From Leucoraja ocellata (taxonomy: Eukaryota): DNA of 64,000 nucleotides. Positions 1 to 11,479 of this stretch are shown here, piece after piece. The position numbers were made by a program, and so were the translations under genes. The notes under the pieces were generated by a model that was not told the DNA's origin, did no database searches, and saw nothing but the letters and a program-made list of their open reading frames with translations. The stretch covers positions 9,362,001-9,426,000 of the forward strand of contig JAWMAR010000010.1 of assembly GCA_036785375.1 (NCBI GenBank), read 5' to 3'. How positions within the stretch are numbered: position 1 is the stretch's first letter; every line of letters begins with the position of its first letter.

Positions 1-50
1 TTGGATCTGATGGAGTTTGAGAGAATATCCCCTTTGCTGGAACAATGACA

Positions 51-974
51 GTCTGAAGAAGAGTCTCGACCCGAAACATAGAAACATAGAAATTAGGTGC
101 AGGAGTAGGCCATTCGGCCCTTCGAGCCTGCACCGACATTCAATATGATCATGGCTGATCATCTAACTCAGTATCCCGTACCTGCCTTCTCTCCATACCC
201 TCTGATCCCTTTAGCCACAAGGGCCACATCTAACTCCCTCTTAAATTTAGCCAATGAACTGGCCTCAACTACCCTCTGTGGCAGAGTTCCAGAGATTCAC
301 CACTCTCTGTGTGAAAAAAGTTATTCTCATCTCGGTTTTAAAGGATTCATCCCTTATCCTTAAGCTGTGGCCCCTTGTCCTGGACTTCCCCAACATCGGG
401 ACCAATCTTCCTGCATCTAGCCTGTCCAACCCCTTAAGAATTTTGTAAGTTTCTATAAGATCCTCTTTCAATCTCCTAAATTCTAGAGAGTATAAACCAA
501 GTCTATCCAGTCTGTCTTCATAAGACAGTCCCGACATCCCAGGAATCAGTCTGGTGAACCTTCTCTGCACTCCCTCTATGGCAATAATGTCCTTCCTCAG
601 ATTTGGAGACCAAAACTGTACGCAATACTCCAGGTGTGGTCTCACCAAGACCCTGTACAACTGCATTAGAACCTCCCTGCTCCTATACTCAAATCCTTTT
701 GATATGAAAGCCAACATACAATTCGCTTTCTTTACTGCCTGCTGCACCTGCATGCCTACCTTCAATGGTGTAGCATGACACCCAGGTCTCTCTGCATCTC
801 CCCCTTTCCCAATCGGCCACCATTTAGATAATAGTCTGCTTTCCCTTTTTTGCCACCAAAATGGATAACCTCACATTTATCCACATCATACTGCATCTGC
901 CAAACGACACCTATTCCTTCTCTCCAGAGATGCTGCCTGATCCGCTGAGTGAGTTACTCCAGCATTTTGTGTCT
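51..974 (+). mobile_element. Penelope-type terminal repeat remnant with a hammerhead-ribozyme core, split by a CR1 (halves 51-77 and 902-974)
   Basis: gtctgaagaagagtctcgacccgaaac | aaacgacacctattccttctctccagagatgctgcctga...ttactccagcattttgtgtct. An uninterrupted relative lies at 12640-12733 (-). Confidence 0.65.
78..901 (-). mobile_element. CR1 (HER1-like) LINE 3' fragment
   Basis: ORF 265-765 has LYRVLVRPHLEYCVQFWSP...FFTQRVVNLWN, the CR1 ORF2 C-terminus; (ATAGAAAC)n tail. Copy B: 33385-34208. Confidence 0.92.
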
Positions 975-1020
975 TACCCACTCCCAATTTCCATCCTCAG
1001 TATCGCCACAATTCCTAGTC

Positions 1021-1170
1021 GTTGCAATTTCGCAATCAATTCCCTGAATTATTCACAGCGGGGATTGCAATTGGCTGAAGTAATGTCTTTGCGAATAATT
1101 ACGCAATCTCTATTTTTAATTCTGTTGAAACTGCACTGTCCCAGTGGAGACGCTAAACGGCATAAAATCT
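1021..1170 (+). promoter_or_regulatory. Putative GPCR proximal promoter with clustered C/EBP-type motifs and a TATA-like CATAAAA
   Basis: ATTTCGCAAT 1027-1036, TTGCGAAT 1089-1096, ATTACGCAAT 1098-1107, CATAAAA 1161-1167. All are conserved in copy B (~34330-34480). Confidence 0.4.
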
Positions 1171-1247
1171 CCAGGAATGATCTGCCACAGAATTTCATTC
1201 CGAGAGATTTCCAGTACCGCATGAGGACACGTCGATCGGCAGAGAAA

Positions 1248-4200
1248 ATGCTTGACGAATATCTCACTGCCGCGAAAATATTATACGTGGTCATTGCTGT
1301 CGTTGGAGTCCCTGGTAAGTAAGCAAAACAATTCAAGTTTTAGAACTCAGTTTGCTAACTAGAGTTGACAGTATTCGTATTGTGTTGCAAGCTTCCAAAC
1401 TGATCGTCGTTGGAAAAGAGTTAGTCAATGCCATAAATTCTTTCTGTTAAATATCCTGACATTTTGCTGTTGTTTTTAATTATTTTCGAACATTGGAAAC
1501 TAACCTTTTTCTATACCTGCCGTGACCCATTGGAATGCAATTCTTACCTTCAGTGGAACCTTGCCCAGATTTAACCTAGCGCCCGGGACAGGCATGGTGT
1601 GAATGGGAGGGGTTTTTACATTGCGACGTTCACTGTGTCTGAGTTATTGATCGGAGTAAACAGCCGGTCCCGTGGACATGTCTCGCTATGGTATCTATCA
1701 CAGTCGATTACACCGCCTGATGATCAGTAATTGGATTGATCACCTGAAACAAATCCCGTGGATTTACCGGCGTGTGTTGTTACCGACTGGAAATCACTGT
1801 GGATGGAATCAATTAACGCAGCCACTCTGCTGCTGGATACTAAGTTGGCCCTGTCTTTCCATTGGAGCCCTCGCAGTCCCCATCAGATGCCGAGTTCCGT
1901 GAGCCCTGGTAAAACCATGGCCGTTCACAGTTAACTCTATGTAACCGGTCCCATCAGAGACGGTGGATAGGGTGAATTATAGAAAGGACCATTCCGCCTA
2001 GTAGTGGATGGCTGCTCATTCGCTTCCCGCTCTTTACCCCGCCCATCGCCTTATCTTTGCCCCGCCCCCCTGAACCGACATTTCGGACACAGTCTGACAA
2101 TGTTACAAGATGCTGATTTTTAGCTGAAAGTCGAACCGGTGAACTGCCCCGGACAACGTGTTCAGAAAGCGGGAATCAAGAGGATAGGGTCATGTTCAAA
2201 GAGAAACCGAAGGCAATTAGAAAGGCAATGCGGGGAGAAAAGATGAGGTTCGAAGGTAAGCTAGCCAAGAATATAAAGGACAGCAAAAGCTTATTTAGGA
2301 ATATGAAGAGGAAAACATTAGTTAAGACCCTGAAGACCGAAAAATATATTGTTGGGAACAAATGGCAGATGAGTTGAACCGATACTTTGGATCCGTCTTT
2401 ACTAAGGAGGACACAATCTTCCTGATGTATTGGTGGCAATTAGATCTGGGTTGACGGAGGAACTGAAGGAAATCCACATTAGGCAGGAAATAATGTTGGG
2501 TAGACTGATGGGACTGAAGGCTGATAAATCCCCAGGGCCTGATGGTCTGCATCCCAGGTTACTTAAGGAAGTGGCTCCAGAAATTGTGCACGCAATGGTG
2601 ATCATTTTCCAATGTTCTATAGATTCAGGATCAGATCCCGTGGATTGAAGGGTAGCTAATGTTATTTCACTTTTTAAGAAAGGCAGGAGAGAGAAAACAC
2701 GGAATTATAGACCAGTTAGCCTGACATCGGTGGTAGGGAAGATGCTGGGGTCAATTATAAAAGAAGTAAATGAATGAAATAGCGGCACATTTGGCTAACA
2801 GGATTGGTCCGAGTCAGCATGGATTTACGAAGGGTTGACTAATCTTGACTAATCTTCTGGATTTTTTTAGGATGTAACTAGGAAAATGGCCTGTCGGGTG
2901 TGGTGTACCTGAACTTTCAGAAAGCATTTGATAAGATCCCACATAGGAGATTAGTGGGCAAAATTATGGCATATGGTATTGGGGGTAGAGTGCTGACATG
3001 GATAGAAAACTGGTTGGCAGGCAGGAAACAAAGAGTAGGGATTGACGGGTCCCTTTCAGAATCGCTGGCAGTGATTTTTGGGGTACCGCAAGGATCGGTG
3101 TTGGGAGCAGCTATTTACAATATACATCGATGATTTAGATGACGGTTCAAAGTAACATTAGAAAATTTGTAGATAACACAAAGCTGGGAGCAATGTGAAC
3201 CGTGAGGAGGATGGTGCGAGAATGGGTGGATGCAGGGTGATGCTGTGTGACTTGGACAGGTTGGGTGAGTGGGCAGATGCATGGCAGATGCAGTTTAATG
3301 TGGATACATGTGAGGTTGTCCACTTTGTCTGCAAAAACAGGAAGGCATATTATATCTAAATGGTGTCGAGTTGACAAAAGGGGAAGTGCAACGGGATGTG
3401 GCGGTTCTTGTTCATCAATCAATGAAAGTAAGCTTGCAGGTACAACAGGCAGTGAAGAAAGCGAATGGCATGTTGGCCTTCATAACAAAAGGAGTTGGGT
3501 ATCGGAGCAGAGGTCCTTCTGCAGTTGTACAGGGCCCTAGTGAGACCACACCTAACGTATTGTGTGAGGTTTTGAGGAAGGACATTCTTGCTATTGAGGG
3601 AGTGCAGTGTATGTTCACAAGGTTAATTCCCTGCATGGCGGGACTGGCATATGTTGAGCGAATGGAGCGACTGGGCTTGTATTCTCTGGATTTTAGAAGG
3701 ATGAGAGGCAATCTTATCGGAACATGGAAGATTATTACGGGTTTGGACACGCTAGGGGGTGGAAACATGTTCCTGAGGAGACCAGAACCCGGGGCCACAG
3801 TTCAAGAATAAGGGGTATGGCAATTAGAACGGAGATGATGAACTTTTTTCACACAGAGAGTTGTGAGTCTGTGGAATTCTCTGCCTCAGAGGGCTGTGGA
3901 GACCGGTTCTCTGGATACTTTCAAGAGAGAGCTAGATAGGGCTCTTAAAGATAGCAGAGTCAGAGGATATGGGGAGAAGGCAGGAACGGGGTACTGATTG
4001 TGGATGATCAGCCATGATTACAGTGAATGGCGGTGCTGGTTCGAATGGCTGAATGGCCTACTCCTGCACCTTCTGTCCATTGTCTATAATGCCCAGTGTC
4101 CGTCTCCTTCTCTTTCTGCAGCGAATATAGTAGCGATTGTGATCCTGTCCCGAGGAAAGATTGGCCTCTCCACATGCACCACTCGCTATCTGATGGCCAT

Positions 4201-5029
4201 GGCAGCGGCCGATCTACTGGTGGTCATCATCGAAGTAATTTTGTTCCGACTCCGATATTTTTACTTCCTGTGGACTTTCCTATCCATTCCACCGACGTGC
4301 AGTGTCATCGCCGTTTTAACGTATATAGCTACAGACTGTTCAGTCTGGTTCACCATCTTTTTCACCTTTGATCGGTTTGTCGCCATTTGTTCCCAGAGGC
4401 TGAAAAGAACATATTGCACCGGGAAAACTGCGGCTGCGGTTCTCGCAACAGCCGGCGTCCTGCTATGTCTGAAAAACGTTCCCCGCTACTTCACACTGCG
4501 GCCCACAGTGATCATAGACAATGTCACCTGGGGCTGTGTCGCGATGGATACTTTTTTCACTGACCCCGGGTGGGTGGCATTTGACTGGATCGACACCGTT
4601 TTAAATCCACTCCTCCCTTTCTCTGTAATCATGCTGCTCAACGCTCTGACAGTCCGGCACATTGTGGTGGCCAGTCGGGTGCGTAAGTGGCTGATGGGTC
4701 AGAGCAAGGGGGAGAACCGTATTGACCCGGAGATAAGGAGCAGGAGGCGGTCTATCGTTTTGCTCTTCACCATTTCCGGATGTTTCATGCTCCTGTGGCT
4801 GACGAAAGTTGTTGAATTCATTTATTATCAGATCACAAGAACTGAGAACAATCTGACACTGTCTGACTGGGTCTTTAACAACCTTGGGTTTTTGCTGCGA
4901 AATCTCAGCTGCTGCACCAACACATTTATTTACGCGGCGACACAGTCCAAGTTCAGGGAAGAGTTGAAGAGCGCGGTGAAATATCTGGCCACACAGTGCT
5001 TCGGCTCTTTATTAAATCAGCGCGCTTAG
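1248..5029 (+). CDS. Two-exon orphan class A GPCR, GPR139/GPR142-like, copy A; join(1248..1314,4122..5029), 324 aa (alternative in-frame ATG at 1221)
   Basis: Exon 1 MLDEYLTAAKILYVVIAVVGVP ends at CCTG|GTAAGT (phase 1). The acceptor tctttctgcag|CG restores GVPANIVAIVILSR (TM1). Seven hydrophobic segments with MAAADLLV (TM2), FTFDRFVAIC (TM3), LLPF (TM5), SCCTNTFIY (TM7) and FREEL (helix 8). No frame breaks. Confidence 0.9.
2176..4087 (+). mobile_element. Decayed CR1 LINE (RT and 3' end) inside the GPCR intron
   Basis: KSPGPDGLHPRLLKE, VYLNFQKAFDKIPH, GVPQGSVLG; many frameshifts. Copy B: ~35480-37370. Confidence 0.9.
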
Positions 5030-5299
5030 CACATCCCGGAGTCGGCCGCTTCGGGCTCCGGCTCCGTCTCCGGCCAATCCCTGCGGGACCATCCATTTAC
5101 AAATTTGCGGATAGTGCAACCACAGTGGGCCGGGTACAAGGTAATGACGAGACGAACGACAGGAAGGCGATATAGAACTTCGCAACCCTGTGCCCATCAA
5201 TATCAGCAAGTCACAGTGATCAACTTCAGGAGGTGAAGCGGTAAACATACCCCGGTACGCATTGATGGCGCCGACTAGACATGGTTGACATTTTGTATT

Positions 5300-7490
5300 T
5301 TTACTTCAGTTACTTTGTGTTTTTACCCCTTTACCCAACAACTGGTCCCTTGGCAAATATTGGAATAATTCCATTGTGGGTGTAGAACACCATTCCGTAA
5401 TGTCCAACCGCATAGGGTTAAGCATCATCTGAATGTGACGGCAATGGGGAATAAAGGTTGCTCTTTCTTCCTTTGGAGTCATCACAAACCCGTGACCATC
5501 TACCACCTTGACATCCTCATCAGAGAGGGTCGGTCTCTCGGCAGTTGTGGCCCAGAAGAAGTGAGTTGAACACCTATATAACCAAACCATGCAATGATGA
5601 TTACAGTAATGGTTTCTACAGACCCACTTCGGGGGAAAATAAACCGCATTTGTAACTTTGCCGTTTGATATCCAAGGAGCCAACTCAAAACAGTACAATT
5701 TGAAAACATCCAATTAACATTTTCCCCTTCACTCTGCAATGTTTGCCCAATCATTATTATAGCTCCATTTGTACAGGTGACTATTTACTGGGTGTCGCCG
5801 TAGACGGCAGCCTCACCACCAGTCTGTCCCGTCCTTTTCTTCATTTGTTGTTTTCAGTCTGTTGTTAAATATATGTTTTAGTGCATCTTTAGTCTTGTAT
5901 TATTTGCGGGGTGGGGGGGGGGGGGGACTTCATTTTATCTCTTTCCTCGACAGAGATGCGACCTTTTCCGTATCGTATCTCCGTCCGCACTGCAGCCAAA
6001 CAACGTGGAGCTGGCGGTATCTGTGCTGGGGATCGTCCTCGGGAGCTCCAACGCGGGAGCCTGCGGACTTAATATCGTGGAGCTTGCGATTCCTTGGTGG
6101 GGGATCGACTTCGGTTAGCTCCAACCGCAGGAGCTTTGACCGCTGAGATCGCCGGAGCTTCGATCGCCACGAATCAGATTCCTTGTATGTTTTTAAATAC
6201 TTGGTTAATAAATTAATTACAATTACAATTACAACATTAGAACTTAGCCACTTTAACACTAATGTTGTATCACCCAATTTCTAATTACATAATTTCCGTC
6301 CATCAGCATATTAGCTTCAATGCTTATTTTCTCCTTTTCGCATTGTTGATCGTTTATTGATCAATTAACTCATTCTTAAGTGCATGTATTGTTTTACTGA
6401 CTCTTGGATGTGCTCGATAACGTTTCCCTTTCCGTTGCAAACCTCTGCTCCTGACGTTTTTACATCTTCAGTCTATTCATAACTCACTGTCATCAGCCCA
6501 CTTGTATTAACCCGTTCCGTCTCGCTGGGGCTACTTTGAACTTCATTAGAATGGCCGAGAGTACCTTAGTCCATCCCTATCCATTCTTGGTCAAAGCTTT
6601 AGTCACACTGTTCCTTCGTGTTCTGTTCGTTCACTCCACAATTCCAGAACTCTGTGAGTGTTGGGGAGTGTAAAATTGGTGGTAAACTCCTAACAAAGCA
6701 CACGCTCCCTTCATTACCTTCCTGTGAAATGTGTTTCCTGATCAGAGCATATCTGAAGTATAATCTCCCATCTAGGTGATATTTCTTCAGCCAGAATTCG
6801 TGTCACGGTTCCGGAGGTACAATCCCGACATGAGAATGCCACTACCCAGCGGGTAAAGTGATCAATTAGAACTAAACAATACATTTCATATCCCATTCAT
6901 AAACATTCCATCATATACAGTAACCATGTCCAACCTGAAAGACATATCTGCTGTCGGTATAAATATTCACTCTCTTTCATTTTCCTAACTTGTGGGCCTC
7001 TGTCAAGGCTATTAATTCTGCTACCTGTACTGATCTTGTCCCCTGAATCTGCTCCCCTTTAAACATGTTTCCCTCTCTATCTACCACTGCGCATGCTTTC
7101 GAGGGATACCATTATAATATTTCCTTGATCCGTCTATATACATAGTATCTAAAGGTACTTCTACAATCCTCCCATCCTTTTCTGCTTCTACTTCATTGCA
7201 GCATACGCTTTTTCTTCATTCACTAATTGTGGCTGGTTTCAACACATTGTCTTTGAATATCTGTACCTGCTTATCCGCTGGCAACGATACACTATCCCAT
7301 CTACTCCCCCGTCGATTATCTGATACTGCCTTTAGCTTCCCTGCCGCTAAACGTTGCACCATGATACGAGGACTGTGGAATTATAGCCACCATTAAAGTG
7401 ATGGACTTCAACTGAACATGTTGCAGTCAAGTGCTTGGGCACACCGGTGCAGCCTAGAAGCCACGGCAGGATGGAATCTGCAACCGTCTT
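5300..7490 (-). mobile_element. Decayed endogenous retrovirus: RNase H and integrase (~6300-7490) plus downstream env/accessory-like coding remnants (5306-5760, 6170-6280)
   Basis: Minus-strand YIDGS..AELIAL..IYTDSRYVF (RNase H, frameshifted) and YCLVLIDHFTRWVVAF..SDQETHFTG..SSGIVE (integrase core). Copy B: ~38590-40810. Confidence 0.8.
5788..6170 (+). mobile_element. GC-rich SINE/LINE-5'UTR-like dispersed repeat inserted into the ERV
   Basis: Poly-G tract and recurring cgtggagct motifs. Related sequences at 11480-11958, 39075-39500, 44340-44810 and 55240-56130 (-). Confidence 0.55.
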
Positions 7491-7571
7491 ATAAATCAAT
7501 TAAAAATGAACGAATTAGGAAGAAAACAAACAGACAAGTCGAAAAAAACCTGCACCTTTACACCCCTCCGT

Positions 7572-10400
7572 CATTTTATTTTATTTTATTTTATTTATTT
7601 TATTTATTCCGAACAAGTAAAGACATTAAATACATTAATAGTAACAAAATCGAAATTATCAAACAATTGGACTTTACAATCAATATTTACAAGCAATGAA
7701 AAGAACAAAAAGCAAATTTCCAATGTCCAACTCTGTGTCTGTACAAGCTCGAAAAGGAGTGAGAAGAAGAATAACTTATAAAATCTCACCCCTTTTCCCC
7801 AACACTTCTACCATATTTAAAAATCAATGAATTAATAATAATAATACTACCCCAGGCAATTTCCCATAAAAACTACAGATATATATATACATACAACTAT
7901 TATACACATACAAACTTAATATATGAAGTAACCAAACATAAGTAAACAATTGTAAAGCAATAGACAAACATTAACCCCCACTTGTCAACCATCCCCTCCA
8001 TCCTGGTACCCCTTGAACATTATTTTTTTATATATCATTTTAAAATGATTCATGTTTGTACATTGCTTTAATTCCTCGTTCAATTTGTTCCACACTCCTA
8101 CTCCACAAACCGAAATACAAAAGGTTTTTCTAGTCGTACGGACTCTTTGTTTCTTAAAATTAAATATTCCTCTTAAATTGTAACCCCCCACTCGCTCGTT
8201 AAATAATTTTTGAATGTTTCCAGGTAAATTTTTATTTTTGGCCCTAGACATTATCTGAGCTGTTTTGAATGTAACCAAAACTTCTAATTTTAATAATTTT
8301 GACTAAAAATAATGGATTCGTATGACCCAGATACTTGGCATTATGTATAATACGAATTGCTCTTTTTTGCATCATGGTTAATTAGTGTATCGAATTTTTA
8401 TAGTTATTGCCCCAGACTTCTGCACAACAATTTAAGTAGGGTAAGATTAATGAACAATAAAGAATACGGAGTGATTTATATTCCAGAGCCTGCTTGGCTA
8501 TGTATAATACAGAGATACTTTTGGACAATTTTAATTTTACATGTATAATATGTGATTTCCAGCTTACTTTATCGTCAATTATAACCCCAAGAAATTTATT
8601 TTCATGCACTCGTTCAACTTCCACCCCATTTATCTTTATACTTACTAGTTTATTTATTCTGCAATTACCAAATAACTTTATTTTAGTTTTACTCCAGTTT
8701 AATGACATTTTATTCCTATCAAACCATATTTTCAATTTACCCATTTCTTTTATTATTTTATCCAATAGCTGTTTTAAATTCTCCCCAGAACAAAAAATAT
8801 TTGTATCATCTGCAAACAAAACCAGCCTCAAGGCATTGGACACATTACAAATATCGTTTATGTACATGATAAATAATTTTGGGCCCAGCACTGACCCCTG
8901 TGGTACACCACAAACAATATCCAAGCATGTAGAATTATGACTACCCAGATTCACAAACTGTTGCCTGTTACTTAAGTAGCTTTTTATCCAGTCCAGTACT
9001 ATTCCTCTGATTCCATACCTTTCCAATTTTTAAAATAAAATATCGTGATTAATTGTATCAAATGCTTTCTTTATGTCAATAAATATCCCAGCTGCATATA
9101 AGTTACTATCAATGGCGTTTGTGATGCCTTCAATTGAATCTAATATTGCAAGTGATGTTGATCTGTTTGTTCTGAATCCATATTGACTTTCAGTGATTAA
9201 TTTATTCTTTTCTACAAATGTATCTAATCTATTATTGAACATTTTTTCTTGTATTTTGGAAAATTGTGGGAGTAAGGAAACAGGTCTATAGTTTGTAAAA
9301 TGATGCTTGTTCCCAGTTTTGTATATTGGTATTATTTTTGCTATTTTCATTTGAATTGGAAAAGTACCGGTTTGGAAAGATAAATTACAGATGAATGTTA
9401 AAGGTTTGGAGATCCCCTCAATGACTATCTTAACTAGCGACATGTCAATGTCGTTGAAATCGGTAGACTTTTTATTTTTACATGTTTTGACAATATCCAG
9501 CAGTTCTTTTTCTTCTACTGCCGTAAGAAACATAGAGCAGGGATTTCTCTCCACTAAGTTCTCAGGAGTTTCTCCAGATGTCCCTGGATCAGGGATTTGT
9601 TTAGCCAGGTCTGGTCCAACATGTACAAAAAAATTATTAAAGCTATTAGCTACATCTTCCATATTGTAATTTTCCTTATCCTTATCAATAAAATACTTCG
9701 GGTAATTTGTTCTCCCCGGACCATTTCTGATAATGCTATTAAGTATGCTCCATATTCTTTTTATGTTGTTTTTATTATCATCTAATTTCTTCTTATAATA
9801 ATCTTTCTTGCTTTTTCTTATGATGTAAGTTAATTTATTTTTGTACTTTTTATATTTATTTTCTGTATCTTTAGTTCTCTTTCTTATAAAATCTCTGTAT
9901 AGGGCATTTTATTTTGCAAGCATTTTGTAATCCGTTTGTAATCCATGGACATTTAGTATATTTTGATTTTCTATTATATTCTTTAATTGGACAATTTTAA
10001 TCATATAATGACTTAAACATAGCAATAAATGTTTCATAAGCACTATCAATGTATCTTTTTTGCTATATATTATGTCCCAATTTTGTACCAATAAATCCTT
10101 TTTTAGTGCATTGATAGCTTCCTCCGATCTCACTCGTCTATATTCTGTTAGTTTATTTGGTTTGTTGTTCCTGTGGATATTATCATAAACTATAAAAACT
10201 GGCAGGTGGTCACTTATATCATTAATTAATAATCCACTTACTATTTTATTTTCAACATCATTGTTGAATATATTGTCAATGAGTGTAGCACAATGGGAAG
10301 TAATTCTACTCGGTCTAGTGATTTTGGGAAATAGGCTCATACTGTACATTGTATTAATAAAATCTTCTGTAAGGTTGTGATGATTTGGATACATAGGATT
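7572..10400 (-). mobile_element. AT-rich L2-group (Crack/Daphne-like) LINE, endonuclease plus RT, frameshifted
   Basis: TLIDNIF..ISDHLPVF (EN), [42 protein letters not shown]; (TAAAA)n tail at ~7575-7607. Copy B (~40900-43250) has two internal deletions. Confidence 0.9.
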
Positions 10401-11213
10401 GTCATTAGATACATTAGGATAGTCATTAAAACATTTTGTAAGAAAACAAAGAATAAAGAGTTAATTTCCACATTGAAAGCATCTAACAAATGTCCAAAGA
10501 CTAAAAGATGAAGGGGTGGAGAGGCCCCATCTCACAATGTCTTAAAGGGACACGACCCCATTAAGACACATGAGATACAACTAATATATTTCACATTCAG
10601 GAGCAGAATCCTATTCCATCGTGACTATATGACTAATTCAACATTTCCACAGATCAAACTATTAAACAATTTAACAATATTTACACTCTCACCTCCCTTC
10701 ATACAAATCAAAAAATAACTAGCGAGTTGCCACAACACATGCAACCTGCTGACCCTCACAAACATTCGCATACTTATAACATTCCGGTTGGCCATATGTC
10801 CTATCATGCAGGTAATTTGCCCCTGGTCATACTGACAACTGTCTGAATCAGAGCTACTGGGACAGCAGCTCATTTCTTTATCTCTATGTTCTATGGTAGG
10901 GACAGTCCTTAATCCCCAGTATGCCCATCTTGAGATATCTCATTGTCTACTTTTTCCGTCAATGTCGCCTCCATCCATCGGCGGGGCCGTAGCCGACACA
11001 GCGCCACCTTTATCCCGCAAATGTATTTTGTTCTCGTGCTCTGCACACTCTAGTGTTATTTTTAACTTTTATTGCTGGTTCTTTGCCATGCCTGTGAGTA
11101 TAATTACTCTATGTTCTTATTTACCCCTTTCTTGCCCCTGCCACCTGGTTTTGTCCTCAGCGAGGAGTATTCCGGATCGTATAATTTCTCTCCCAATTAC
11201 CCGATTACTTTTT

Positions 11214-11281
11214 GTTGCAGTCAATTATAGGTCGAATACGGGCCCGAGGAACACAGAGTAGAATCTATAATTGACTGCAAC
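11214..11281. repeat. Perfect inverted repeat (17-bp arms; 19-bp arms in copy B at 44072-44139)
   Basis: gttgcagtcaattatag ... ctataattgactgcaac. Confidence 0.9.
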
Positions 11282-11479
11282 CACGTGACCTGGTCTGCCG
11301 TGCAACCTCCCTATTGAACATATTGGCAATCCGATCTGAACCCACCTATTCGTTTTTGGTCCAAATCCCAACATTTTCGGTATTCCGTGATTCACTTAGC
11401 CTTAAGAGCTAATTCGAACTATCTCTTGAAAACAACAACTTGAAGACAACAACCTTTATCTCAATATCAGTAGGACAAG

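Noticed and set aside
1610-1637. RSS-like ggtttttac-11 nt-cactgtg in the GPCR intron
   Set aside because: Spacer and nonamer are imperfect, further degraded in copy B, and there is no adjacent D or J coding segment.
3998-4121. N-terminal extension MWMISHDYSEW... on the GPCR ORF in the track
   Set aside because: CR1 3'UTR and intron read in frame; the true N-terminus comes from exon 1 at 1248-1314.
1248-5029. Assigning the symbol GPR139
   Set aside because: Resembles the family but is too divergent and multi-copy to call the ortholog without a phylogeny.
5213-5251. cacagtg heptamer downstream of the GPCR stop
   Set aside because: No credible nonamer at 12 or 22-23 bp and no V segment.
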